A program made the translations under genes and the position numbers. Below the pieces are notes generated by a model. It did no database searches. It was given only the letters and a program-made list of their open reading frames with translations, and was not told the DNA's origin. Below are positions 1 to 12,492 of a DNA stretch of 64,000 nucleotides, piece by piece (positions within the stretch are counted from its first letter, which is position 1; each line of letters starts with the position of its first letter). This DNA comes from Octopus vulgaris (taxonomy: Eukaryota), in assembly GCA_951406725.2 (NCBI GenBank), contig OX597816.1, positions 47,492,001-47,556,000 of the forward strand, in the 5' to 3' direction.

Positions 1-559
1 ATAAAAAGTAGATGAGGGTCAACTTTTTTACTGGATACAAATGTAAAGAAGACAACATTTTTCAGTGATGTCTCCTACGGTCATATGTACAACACAGTTT
101 TGCTTTACAATAACAACATTACAAATCAACCTGAACAATATTACTAAACAAAGACCTAAAGAAGATCAATATCACTGAATGAAGATATATGCCATGACAC
201 AAATCACTGAGTGTGTTAGGGGAAAAATTGTTGGTAAGACTACAAACTATGAGACACTTCTGTTAGCTGATAAAGGTGGAAAACGAAGTGACTTGATCGT
301 GTAACAACACTGTTTTGCATAAATGTTCATGCATGGATAAGTCTTAGTGAAAGAAATTGTATATATGATGATCATAAATGGAGAGGTTGAGCAACCTCAC
401 AGAATAGACAGGAAAACATAAGTTGGCTGATGACCAGGAAAGACAGAGGGAAGAGGATGTGTCTGTTGTTGTGTATCTAAGGTCTCCCTAGGTTTCAGAA
501 ATCGATAATTTGATTGATAGGTGGCTTTTAGCAAGTTCTCCCCCACCTAGTAGTAGTAA

Positions 560-770
560 TTATTTCTAATGTAGACACAAGGCCATTAATTTTAGAGAGA
601 GATGGGGAGCACTCGATTATATCAACTCCAGTACTTGACAGGTAGTTTATATTATCATCCCTAGAGGGATGAAGGGCAAAATTGACTTCGATAGGGTTCG
701 AACTCAGAAAGTAAAGAGCTGGAACTAATACTGCAGGGTATTTTTTCTATTTTTTAATGATTCTGTCACT
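560..770 (-). mobile_element. tRNA-derived SINE family B, decayed copy
   Basis: Reverse complement matches TTCTGAGTTCGAA..GTCAATTTTGCCCTTCATCC..CAAGTACTGGAGTTGAT, the body seen in the clean copies at 13645 and 42173. Confidence 0.7.
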
Positions 771-1069
771 TCCCCCATCTCCCACACAAGTGTTAATAAT
801 TAAAAAGAAGTACTGCGTCTGGTTAGTTCAGTGGGATATAAAGAGTCTTACTACTGTTTTTTTATTTTATTATTTTTGTTGTTGCTTAGCCAGGGTAAAG
901 ACCCTATGCTGAGCCTTGGAAACTGATATAAAGGAAGGAAGAAGGTTTCCTCAAACTGGAGACATGACTTGGATGCCTGCTGCAACAGAGTAAGTTTCTC
1001 TAGTAAAGGAACCCAAAGAGTTGGTGGATTAAATCTACTGTCAAAATAAGCCTGGACTTCAAAGGTTTC

Positions 1070-1347
1070 AGATTTTGGCACAAGGCCAGCAATTTTTGGA
1101 GAGGGTGTAAGTCAATTAAATTGACCTCTATGTTCAACTGGTATTTGTTTTATCAACTCTGCAATGATGGAAGGTAAAGTGGATCCTGGCAGAATTTGAA
1201 CTAAGAATGTGAAGATGGATGAAATGCCACTGAGCATTTTATCTGGCATACTCTTTCACTCTTTTACTTGTTTCAGTCATTTGACTGTGGCCATGCTGGA
1301 GCACCGCCTTTAGTTGAACAAATCGACCCCTGGACTTATTCTTTGTA
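1070..1347 (-). mobile_element. SINE family B decayed copy abutting a SINE family A tail fragment
   Basis: GGCAGAATTTGAACT (B-box-like, reversed) near 1190, then CTTTTACTTGTTTCAGTCATTTGACTGTGGCCATGCTGGAGCACC at 1261. Confidence 0.7.
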
Positions 1348-2520
1348 ATAACTTCATTTGATTGTAAACCCTGGAGTTAAGCTCATTCATGGGTCCTAGC
1401 TATCAGACAGGAAGTAATCCATTGACTATTTTATCAAACACATACCTGAAAGTCCACAAATATTTGCTGAGGCTTCACAATTATAAACAAAGAGAATGGA
1501 GCAAGCAACTTTTATACATAATTCTGAAGAGTGGAATTGTGAAATGTGACAATGACGCTTCGTGAATAAATACTTACATATGTTATTGTATTATATAGCA
1601 AATTTATTGTTTTTACATGAATTCCATATGATTACAATTGTTTCATAATCTTCTCTATGTAGTATTATTAATTTCAACATTCCAAGTCATATACAAATCA
1701 TATGCATTCAAATCATATACATTCATTTTTCCTCGATATACATACATAATACAACTGTATATTCACATAGTGATGTATATAAGAGAAAACTAACTCATCT
1801 GTTCATATATACTGGAACATCATTGATACATCCACTATTTAACTCTGTTACACAAACAAGACTCACTCACTTTATACACAATGTATGGAAAACCAAAATT
1901 GGAGGTAGATACAATAATTCGCTTTATATAAGAAACAATTATTGAAAAAAAAACAGTAAATAGTCCTGCTAAGTGACATTTTCCCCCAAATGAGCCCTCT
2001 TAAACATGGCCTTACTGGAAACAAACAAAAAGAATTACAGATATTTTACTATGCAAAGCAAACATGACAAAAATATACCATGGCAAGTTAATTGATGCCA
2101 ATCATTAAAAACAAAACCAAAACAAAATTCCTCATACCAAAAACATGATTGGAAACCACAGCAATCAAAGTTTATAGGATTATCATTAAATTGCAGATGG
2201 AGACAGTCAAATGCTGAAGTCAACCAGAAAATTGTAATTGATAGTTATGGATGGTCCTTTGCAGACAGATTGACAGAACAAAAGTGAGATAGACTTGAAA
2301 AATTTATGCATGAATACGTACATATATATCATCGTTTAATGTCTGATTTCCATGTTGGCATAGGTTGGACAGTTTGATAGAAAACTGGTAAGCCAGGGAG
2401 CTGCACCAGGTTCCAATCTGATTTGGCAAGGTTTCTATGAGTGTAGTGGGTGTTTTTTATGTGCCACCAGCACAGGTACCATTGGTCTGACACCAGTACC
2501 AGCCACGTATATATATATAT

Positions 2521-2931
2521 AGGTGCAGGAGTGGCTGTGTGGTAAGTAGCTTGCTAACCAACCACATGGTTCTGGGTTCAGTCCCACTGCGTGGCATCTT
2601 GGGCAAGTGTCTTCTGCTATAGCCCCAGGCCGACCAATGCCTTGTGAGTGGATTTGGTAGATGGAAACTGAAAAGAAGCCTGTCGTATATATGTATATAT
2701 ATATATATGTATGTGTGTGTGTTTGTGTGTCTGTCTTTGTTCCCCTAGCATTGCTTGACAACCGATGCTGGTGTGTTTACGTCCCCGTCACTTAGTGGTT
2801 CGGCAAAAAGAGACCGATAGAATAAGTACTGGGCTTACAAAAAGAATAAGTCCCGGGGTCGAGTTGCTCGACTAAAGGCGATGCTCCAGCATGGCCACAG
2901 TCAAATGACTGAAACAAGTAAAAGAGTAAAG
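2521..2931 (+). mobile_element. tRNA-derived SINE family A, full length
   Basis: Head AGGTGCAGGAGTGGCTGTGTGGTAAG (A box) and GGTTCAGTCCC (B box), CORE-like TTGGGCAAGTG, internal TA/TG microsatellite, tail CAAATGACTGAAACAAGTAAAAGAG; more than 14 copies in the window. Confidence 0.85.
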
Positions 2932-2941
2932 AAAAAAAAGA

Positions 2942-2987
<46 letters not shown>

Positions 2988-3099
2988 GCATATATAGGTA
3001 CAGGATGTCACCAATGGTGCAACTAACATGAAATACGTAAACAATGAGGGAAAAATTAGTGAAATACATAAATATGTATATATATGTATATATGATTCC

Positions 3100-3575
3100 A
3101 GAACATCCCGCTGTGCTTGAGGAGACCTATTGAGTCAAGTGCACGAACATTGAAATAAATATCAATGGAAATAGTAGTTGTGATACCTGTGCTGGTGGCA
3201 CATAAAAAGCACCATCCTAACGTGGCCGATGCCAGCGCCACCTCGACTGGCATCTGTGCCGGTGGCACATAAAAAGCACCATCCAAACGTGGCCGATGCC
3301 AGTGCCGCCCCGACAGGCTTCTGTGCCGGTGGCACGTTAAAAGCACCAACCGATCGTGGTCACTGCCAGACTCCCCTGGCACCTATGCCTGTGGCACGTA
3401 AAAAGCACCCACTACACTCGCGGAGTGGCTGGTGTTAGGAAGGGCATCAAGCTGTAGAAACACTGCCAGATCAGACTGGAGCCTGGTGCAGCCCCTGGCT
3501 TCCCAGACCCCGGTCGAACCGTCCAACCCATGCTAGCGCGGAAAACGGACGTTAACCGATGATGATGATGATGAT
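3100..3575 (+). mobile_element. RTE-associated non-autonomous retroposon (family C) with internal tandem units and (GAT)n tail
   Basis: Four GTGCYKGTGGCAC..AAAAGCACC units, then GGAGTGG..TTAGGAAGGGCATC..CCAACCCATGCTAGC..GGACGTTAA and (GAT)n. Confidence 0.75.
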
Positions 3576-3619
3576 ATATATATATATAAATAATATATAT
3601 ATATCTGTGTGTATATATA

Positions 3620-3653
<34 letters not shown>

Positions 3654-4766
3654 CACACACATATATTTATATGTGAGTGTGTCTTTGTGTTCCTGCCACC
3701 ATTGCTTGACAGCTGATGTTGGTGTGTTTATGTCCCTGTAGCTTAGCAGAAAGACCAACAAAATAAGTACTAGGTTTACAAAGAATAAGTTGTGGGGTTG
3801 ATTTCTTTGACTTAAAACCCCTTTGAGGTGGTGCTCCAGCATGGACGCAGTCAAATGACTGAAACAAGTAAAAGACTAAAAGAATATATGTGTGTGTGCG
3901 TGCGTGTAAGTGAAAGTTGTGACTTCTGTTTATTGCGTGAGATAAAGATATGAATATATATAAAAAATTAATAAATAGCATTGTTATGTTTACATTCCAA
4001 GTAAACATTACCACCTGTAGTTCATCACTTTTGAAGTAACGGAATAAAAAAAAATCCTGCACTTGTAAAACAGATAAACAGATAACAGGTTGGGGACCGG
4101 AAGAGCATCACACTGTAAAATACCACCTCAAATAAGTCTTTGTCCAATAGATGGTAGCACAGGAAAAAAAAAAAGCACGTGTAAAATGAATGACTGGATA
4201 AGTGAACAATATCCAGAGCATGAAAAAGAGAGAAAGAGATAGTTATAGACAGAGAGAGATATGTAGACAGAGTGAGAGAGTGAGAAAGAGCGAGAGAGCA
4301 AATTTCTTGTTTAAAACAATTGTATTCATCAGTACCAGTGACCATATTTGGCTACTGCTAACTTTGAAATCACGACAACTCTCTATATATTATTTACAGC
4401 ACACAGTCTCTGTAGTATGTGCTGCAGTGGAAAAAGATTGCAGTTGATCATTGATTAAATAATTAGCCATTACCAATATAAATAAATAAATAGATAAATA
4501 AATAAATAAATAAACTGAAAATGAGAAAAAAATCAAAAATACAAATTGAAACAAAAATAAAAACACCACCACCACCACCACCACCACCATCATTATTATT
4601 TTTATTATTATTATTATTATTATTATTTATTATTATCATTAATTGCTTATTTAATTATTTTTGTATTTTTGATTTCTATTCTTTTAAGCAGTACTCTAAT
4701 GATAGCCACCCATATTGAAATTGGATACATTTTAATCGATTTATCATTGCTTTCAAAACTACTTAC

Positions 4767-4828
4767 CTAGAATATCTAACTTCGATTAAAATGGCATTAA
4801 ATCTTCAGAATATATCATTCACAACACT
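4767..4828 (-). other. Candidate non-coding first exon (copy 1)
   Basis: Minus strand reads (GA)n tract, Inr-like TCAGT (4830-4826), about 62 nt, then consensus donor CTAG|GTAAGT; 65/74 identical to 30974-31047. Confidence 0.4.
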
Positions 4829-4832
4829 GACG

Positions 4833-4871
<39 letters not shown>

Positions 4872-4944
4872 AATACACACACACATACATACATACATAC
4901 ATATATATATATGCTCGTGAGCTGAAACTAGAATCAATCAATCA

Positions 4945-4975
<31 letters not shown>

Positions 4976-5336
4976 CTATATATATATATATTATATAATA
5001 TATATCTATATCTATCTACCTATCTATCTATCTATCTATATATATATATACATATATACCGCTCCCCCATGCACACAGACATATATGTGTATATAGTTGG
5101 TTGGTTGATTTCTCCAGTAACACTTTACAATGTCTCAAGAGATGGGAAGGTGTGAAAGAAAAATACCAAGGAAGTTAACATAAGACGTGCACAATGAGTG
5201 TACTTATTAGGCTTGATGGCAGAAAATGAGTAAATGAAAGCTTCAACACTCACACAAACGCTGAAAGAGAAAGAATCGTTGAGAGAGAGAGAGAGAGAGA
5301 GATTAATGTGTGTGTGTGTGTGTGTGTCTGTGTGAA

Positions 5337-5655
5337 GGTGCATAGGTCAGTGGTTAGAGTGTCAGTCTCACAATCATGAGGTAGAGAGTTCAATTCCTGA
5401 ACCAGGCTGTGTGTTGTGTTCTTGAGCAAGAGACTTTATTTTACATTGCTGCAGTTAACTCAGCTGTAAAAATGAATTGCAATGTTACTGGTTCCAAGCT
5501 CTATTGGCCTTTGCCTTTCCCTTGAATAACATCGGTAGCATGGAGAGGAGAGGCTGGTATGCTTGGGTGACTGCTGGTCTTCCAGACTTGTACCTCAGAG
5601 GGGAACTTTCTAGGTGCAATCCCATAATTATTTATGACCGAAGGGGGTCTTTACC
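5337..5655 (+). mobile_element. tRNA-derived SINE family D
   Basis: AGTGGTTAGAG A box, GAGTTCAATTCC B box, GTGTTCTTGAGCAAGAGACTTTATT central domain shared with 18140, 46180 and 62950. Confidence 0.75.
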
Positions 5656-5686
5656 TTATGTGTATATATATAAATATATATATATA

Positions 5687-5729
<43 letters not shown>

Positions 5730-5742
5730 TATATATGCACAC

Positions 5743-6275
5743 ATCATCGTCATCATCATCATCATCATCATTTAATGTCCGCTTTCCATGCTAGCATGGG
5801 TTGGACGATTTGACTGAGGACTGGCGAACCAGATGGCTGCACCAGGCTTCAATCTGGTCTGGCAGATTTTCTACAGCTGGATGCCCTTCCTAATGCCAAC
5901 CACTCTGAGAGTCTAGTAGGTGCTTTTATGTGCCACCAGCATGAGGGCCAGTCAGGAGGTACTGGCAATGGCCACGCTCAAATGGTGTTTTTTACATGCC
6001 ACCTGTACAGAAGCCAGTCCAGGTACTGGCAACCGCCACACTCAAATGGTGTTTTTTATGTGCCACCTGCACAGGAGCCAGTCTAACGGCACTGGCAACG
6101 ATCTCATTCAAATGTTTTTTCACGTGCGTAAGGCGAGGCTGGTAACGATCACGCTAAAATGGTGCTTTTTACGTGCCACCAGCATGGAAGCCAGTTTGCT
6201 GCTCTGGCAATGATCATGCTCGGATGGTGCTTTTAGTGCTCCACTAGCACGGTTACCAGTCATCGAATTTGATTT
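5743..6275 (-). mobile_element. Family C retroposon
   Basis: (CAT)n then TTTAATGTCCGCTTTCCATGCTAGCATGGGTTGG and several GGTGCTTTT..GTGCCACC units. Confidence 0.8.
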
Positions 6276-6301
6276 CGATATATATATATATATATATAAA
6301 T

Positions 6302-6332
<31 letters not shown>

Positions 6333-6389
6333 AAGAGAGAGAGAGAAAGAGAGAGAGAGAAAGAGAGAGAGAGAAAGAGAGAGAGAGAA

Positions 6390-6421
<32 letters not shown>

Positions 6422-6603
6422 TGTGTGTGTGTGTGTGTTTGTACTTCTATAACATATTGTTATTCACTTCACTATTTTGTAAAAGCATATAATTGCATAT
6501 ATGTCATATTTCCTGATATTGTCCATGTTGACAAAAGTATACTTCCAAAGTTATCAATCCATTGACGGGCGACACTCATCTCTGTTTAATAATAGCCAAT
6601 ACT

Positions 6604-6992
6604 AAGGCGGTGAATTGGCAGAAGTGTTAGCATGCCAGGCAAAATGCTTAGTGGTATTTCGTCTCTCTTTACGTTCTGAGTTCAAATTCTGCTGAGGTCG
6701 ACTTTGCCTTTCATCCTTTCAGGGTCAATGAATTAAATACCAGTTGCGTACTAGGGTCGATCTAATCGACTGGTCTAGAGTGGAAAAGAATAACAGGTGA
6801 TGAACTGGCTGAATCATTAATATGTTGGGCAAAATACTTTGTGACATTTTGCTTGTCTTTATGTTGACTTTGCTGTTCACCCTTTCAGTGTTGATAAAAT
6901 AAGTACCAGTTGAATACTGGGGTTGATGTAATTGACTTACCCCACTTCCCACCAAAAAAATTGCTGGCGTTGTGCCAAAACGTGAAATCAAT
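6604..6992 (+). mobile_element. Two adjacent SINE family B copies
   Basis: AAGGCGGTGAATTGGCAGAA..GAGTTCAAATTC..GTCGACTTTGCCTTTCATCC; a second decayed copy from about 6795. Confidence 0.75.
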
Positions 6993-8488
6993 AATAGCTA
7001 ATGTAAATGGCAGTTGGTCAATTGGTTGGTCAATTTCTCCAGCTATGCTTTATATGCAGTGTGAGTGCACATACTAGGCTTGGTGGCTGGCAATGAGTAA
7101 AGGAAATTTACGTACATACAGAAAAACAAGAGGAGGAGGAGGAGAGAAAAACAGGAAATGAATGGTGAAATAGTTATGGGAGGAGTTATACAAATAAAAA
7201 ATAATTTGTTTTATGTAATTTTATTTTAAGATATTTGATATCTTTTTTTTTAAATTTGCATTAATTGCACCAAGAAATTTGATAGAAGTCGAATTATAAT
7301 TATTTCATGAATAGTCATATTTCTGACATTATTCATGGTGGCAGAAGAATTCAACCAAAATTACCTGTCATATAACAAGTAATATTATATTAATAATACG
7401 TATGATTTTCATCACTCAAAGTTAGTGACATGATGCTTTGTCCAGACTTTACATGTGTAGCATCATCACCATCACCATCTCATCATCATCATCATCATCA
7501 TCATCATCTGGAGATGAATTTGTTTTCTTGAGTTTTAGAAAGAGGATGTTTCAGGAGCAGTTGGGATGTTCTTTGTTACTTTGAATCTGTATGTGTGTGT
7601 ATATATGTGAGTGTATTTATGTGTGTATGTATATGTGTGTGGTGAATTTTTGGAGGCCTCGTTAGAGAGAGAAAAAAGAAAGAAAAACAGGAAAAAAGAA
7701 AGAGGAAAGGAAAACAAAAGAAAGGGAGGGGTGTTTTTCTGGGATGGTTGATATTGATGACGGGTCAAAAAGTCAAATTTGTCAGTCAGTCAAATTTGTG
7801 TGACTGATATTATTTTCGATCAGTTATCATATTATCCAACTGTAGAAAATAGAATCTACTAAATTGTTTTGGAAAGTTTTTAAGAGAGAAAGAGAGAGAG
7901 AGAGTATTGGTTGGTTAAGAGTATGTTTAAGAGTATATTTAAGAGTATGTGTATGACAGAGTGTATGTTGGTTGGTTAAGTGAATTTTTCTAGTTATTTT
8001 AGTAGCAGTAATGAGAACATTATTAATAATAATATTCAGTGGTAATCTGATTTGGTTCATCTGGAAGATAAATTTTTTTAACAAGGATTTCTCATGTGCT
8101 TAAAAATATATTTTTTATATGTTTAATTTAGGTAAAAAAATTTTCTATAAAATGTAGTTCCATTGCCTTCTGATACTTTGGATCATCCCTTGGGCATTTT
8201 TAGAAAGGAAATATCATGAATCTGCTGTTTCCGCATATTTCCAGATGCTTAGTCAGCAGAATCTTATGTAATTCTTTTTGTCTGATGATATGTTGCTACA
8301 GGGTGATGCACAAGCAGTTAGCTCTGGGTGTATTGCATCTTATAGAAGAAACAGGTGTAATAATGAAATTTATTGCATTATTTATTGTTCCTTGTCATTT
8401 ATTTAATTTCATATTCATGCTCAGTACTCAACTAATTTATTCCGAAGCCTATGTACATTGAGTTCTGACACCAGGGTATTACCATATA

Positions 8489-8577
8489 TACCCATGGCTA
8501 GGCCGCACCAGTGGATAGGTCACACCAGTGGATAGGTCACACCAGTGGATAGGTCGTACCAGTGGAGAGGTCTCACC
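8489..8577. repeat. 17-bp minisatellite CACCAGTGGATAGGTCA, 4 good units plus 1 decayed
   Basis: Units at 8506, 8523, 8540, 8557; isolated matching AGTGGATAGGTCACAC at 9291-9306. Confidence 0.9.
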
Positions 8578-8677
8578 CTTAGTTAGGAGTTGTCAAAGTA
8601 GATATTTCTGGTTGACTCACTGATAGAATGCCCTATAATCTGAGGAGTTACGTGGCCCTTTTATATTGTAATTATTT

Positions 8678-8860
8678 AGGCATAGGAGTGGCTGTGTGAT
8701 AAGTAGCTTGCCTACCAACCACATAGTTCCAGGTTCAGTCCCACTGCGTGGCACCTTGGGCAGGTGTCTTCTACTATAGCCTTGGGCTGACCAAAGCCTT
8801 GTGAGTGGATTTGGTAGACAGAAACTGAAAGAGGCCCATTGTATGTATGTATATATATAT

Positions 8861-8912
<52 letters not shown>

Positions 8913-9129
8913 ATATGTTTGTGTGTCTGTGTTTGTCCCCCCAACATTGCTTGACAACCGATGCTGGTGTGTTTACGTCCCCTGTAACTTAGCGGTTCAG
9001 CAAAATAGACCAATAGAATAAGTACTAGGCTTACAAAGAATAAGTCCTGGGGGTCGATTTGCTCGACTAAAGGCGATGATCCAGCATGGCTACAGTCAAA
9101 TGACTGAAACAAGTAAAAGAGTAAAAGAG
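8678..9129 (+). mobile_element. SINE family A, full length
   Basis: Same head, body and GTAAAAGA tail as 2521-2931. Confidence 0.85.
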
Positions 9130-9956
9130 ATTTGATAATATTTGTTTATCAAATATTCACCTTCATTTCAAAACTTTACTTATAAATATTAAGACATTTT
9201 TGCAGAAGTGACTTTATGAAAGTAGTCTAATTGATAATCAGCTCAACTACTGATATGCCACCTTTTACTTCAGATCCTTACGTGATGTCAAGTGGATAGG
9301 TCACACACCTGATTTTTATTGAAATTTTCGGTAAATCAAAGCGGGACCTATCTGCGAGTATGTAAGAACGTCCTGAAAATTTTTATAGTCCCAGATATCA
9401 TGATACAAATGTTTCTTAGAATAAAAATAAATAAAACAAATTTCTTGTATCACTCCTCCCATCACTACTTTGTTATTTATTCTCTCTCTCTCTCTCTCTC
9501 TCATCTGCTCTCTCTCGCTCTTTCTCTCTCTCTCTCTCTTTTGCTTCTGTCCTGTTTCCATGATTCTTTCTCTTTAACTCTCTGCATGTGTGTATGTAAT
9601 GTTCCTTTATTCATTGCTAGCCACCACACCTACTATGTGCACTTACCCCTGCTCATCTTATGTTAACTTTCTCTACAAGTGGATCCTCTGGGTGTTTTTC
9701 TCATTGCAACAGCACAAGTGAAGGTGCCATGTACCTTGCAAGACCATGGATTTCAAGTAATGCAGCTTTGTGCTAGGAAATGGAGGGTTAAAACATGATA
9801 TGCTATCATTTTCAGCATGGTGTAAGTGGAAAGTTAACAGTGAGTAGTATTTCATTGAACCTGATATGAATATAATAGTAATTGTGAAGCATTGAACTAT
9901 CCAATAACATCAATAGCAAATGTCTACACATTCACACACACATGTATATATATATA

Positions 9957-10163
9957 TAACGGGAAGCTTTATGAAAATAAACAAAAGACGAAGGCAGGTG
10001 GAATACAAACAAACAATTGTATTAGTATGGTGCTCAGGAATATAAATAAAACAAGTCTTTTACGTTTCGAGCCTACGCTCAACAGAAAGATACACAAAAA
10101 AGAAACACGGAAAGAAACAAGGAGAGAGAAAAAATGCGTGCAGAAGCTAGCGAATCAACATGG
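9957..10163 (-). mobile_element. Short repeat in a (TA)n tract carrying a hammerhead-like motif (probable Penelope pLTR derivative)
   Basis: Related copies at 55884-55987, 49244-49430 and 24093-24170; contains TCTTT-CTGTTGA-GCGTAGGCTC-GAAA-CG-TA-AAAGA on the minus strand. Confidence 0.6.
10056..10090 (-). ncRNA. Minimal type-I hammerhead ribozyme-like motif (variant core CUGUUGA)
   Basis: Stem I TCTTT/AAAGA, hairpin GAGC-GTAG-GCTC overlapping the core, GAAA, palindromic ACGT stem III, predicted GUA cleavage between 10061 and 10060. Confidence 0.5.
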
Positions 10164-10426
10164 ATATATATATATATATATATATAAATATTATAAATTA
10201 GGGTATCTACGACATACCACCATGCTGAAAATAGCAGCCATGATCTGACTCTAAAACCACCTTAAGTGTTCATATAGCAACATGGAGAGAAGACGAAAAG
10301 ACAAGATGAAAACTAGTAAAATAATTACTGGATTTTTATAATTTTAATAATTATTACCTTTGAAGGTTATTTTTTCCATGCTGGCCACTTGATAAGATCG
10401 TTATTTTTTTAAATTAACGATCTTAT

Positions 10427-10464
<38 letters not shown>

Positions 10465-10653
10465 TTATTTATATAAGTATGCATTATGTATGTGTATATC
10501 TATACCTATCTCTTTCTCCCTCTCTCTCCCTCATTCTCAATATATCACTCCCCCCTCTCTCTGTCTCTCTGTCTCTGTCTCTGTCTCTGCCTCTGTCTGT
10601 CTGTCTGTCTCTCTCCCCATATATATATATATATATAGAAACAAACTTACTTA

Positions 10654-11165
10654 GAAATGGATGCATAAAACATATGCATATATACATACATATATGTACA
10701 TACCTACATCTACATGTATATATACATGCATATAAACAGTCTGTGTTACTGTTATTCTCCTTGTCCTGTCTTTTACTGTTTATATTTTGTACTGTCTTTA
10801 CTGTCCTGTTTTTGTTACCATTTTTACCCCTCCGCAAAAAAATCTCAAATTTTATTTAATTTGCCTTTTGCAGGAAGGAATGTTTCACCGAAGTCGTGTC
10901 TCGCCTTTACCTTCGAAACGCAGAGTAGATGAAACTGAGACGACTGAAGAAGGGGAATTTTCCTTGTGTTCTATGTCCTGTACTCTATTTTTTCGTTGTT
11001 TAAGAAAAATGTCCATTTCCTTGGTTTTGTGTTTATGGTTTCGTTTCTCATTGTGTTCAACGTTTTTTTGGTGTCCTGTACCCATATATGCATGTATATA
11101 TACATGAAAATGTAGGTACACACATATATGTTTGTATATATGCATATGTTTTATTTATCAATTTG
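10654..11165. mobile_element. Unclassified ~510-bp repeat with ~80-bp inverted ends
   Basis: 10654-10733 is the reverse complement of 11083-11165; the ORF track shows matching HMHIY..HVYIHAY peptides on opposite strands. Confidence 0.6.
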
Positions 11166-11189
11166 TTTATATAAATATATATATATATA

Positions 11190-12248
11190 TCAGGCTGAGT
11201 AAAGAGTAAGCAGCATCTTGAAACGTGAAATTTATCACAATGTATTTCAACAATATGAAAATTTTATTCATCAAAGTAAATACCATTACAATCAACACAT
11301 TTTTGTCAACGAATTACAAGTTTGTTTATTCCGGTAACAAGTTCTGGAGCTGATGAATTCTTTGAACGCACTTTCAGCATCAGTTTGATTTTTTAACTCT
11401 GTCTCACAGGAAACCATCAAGGTGATTGAAAAAGTGGTAGTCGATAGGAGAAAGGTCTAGGGAATAAGCTGGGTGGAGAACTTCGTCGCCAAGTTCCCTC
11501 ATAACCTTCTTTTTGAAGAGCTTGGGTTTAGGGAAGGTTTTCAGTGCTTCATTTTAGTCCAACCACTGAGAAAGTATGTTTTCGATATTGTACAGAATCC
11601 ACTTTTCATCACAGGTTACAATATGGGCGAGAAATGGATCAGTCTGATTGTGGAGAAGAAGTGACAAGCAAATTTCATATTTGTGCATTTTCTGATTTTC
11701 ATTCAAATAGTGTGGTACCCATTTGTCGATCATTTTTAATTTTCTGATTGCATGCAAATGGTTGCACGCCGTTTTCTGGTTAACTCGAAGTTCTTTTGCC
11801 AGTTCTCAAGTGGTTTTACATGGATCTTTCTCAATGATGGTCTTTAATTGCCTGTCATTGATGACAGATGGACGTCCACTATGCTCACAATCTTCAAGGA
11901 TCAGGTCTCTACTGTGAAATCGTTTAAGCCATTTTCAAATTGACCTCTCACTGGTCATTTCTTCACCAAACATTTCATTGATATTGCGAGCAGTTTCAGC
12001 TGCTTTATGTCATTTTTTGAAGTTGAATAGCAAAATTGCTTGAACATCACACTTTGACAGTTCCATTTCAGATAATTATAACAATGGTGAAAAAAATATC
12101 AATGTTAATTTATTGATGCATTTGGGTAAGTCTATGTCTGTATTATCAGACAGTTTCAAAAAATGTTTTAAAAAATTTCAAAACTCTGCAAAAATTTGGT
12201 ACAAATTCTTCATGGTTCAGAAGGTTGCTTACTTTTTACTCAACTTGA
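11190..12248 (-). mobile_element. Tc1/mariner transposon, defective
   Basis: TIRs TCAGGCTGAGTAAAGAGTAAGCA / TGCTTACTTTTTACTCAACTTGA, TA flanks; peptides WVPHYL, IVTCDEKWILY and HPAYSLDLSP with frameshifts and an internal deletion. Confidence 0.92.
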
Positions 12249-12263
12249 TAGAAATATCTATAC

Positions 12264-12394
<131 letters not shown>

Positions 12395-12444
12395 CACACA
12401 CGCACAAATATATATATATATACACACACACATATGTATATGTA

Positions 12445-12492
<48 letters not shown>

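Noticed and set aside
420-470. CTGATGA-CCAG-GAAA
   Set aside because: No stem II, G at the cleavage position, no stem I
4760-4815. Hammerhead-like reading of the duplicated block (CTGAAGA..GAAG..GTA on the minus strand)
   Set aside because: No 10.1-11.1 pair and the paralog has AAAG; the splice-donor interpretation fits better
9647-9860. Minus-strand segment with acceptor and GTAAGT donor
   Set aside because: Stops in all three frames and no paralog or other support; could only be a non-coding exon
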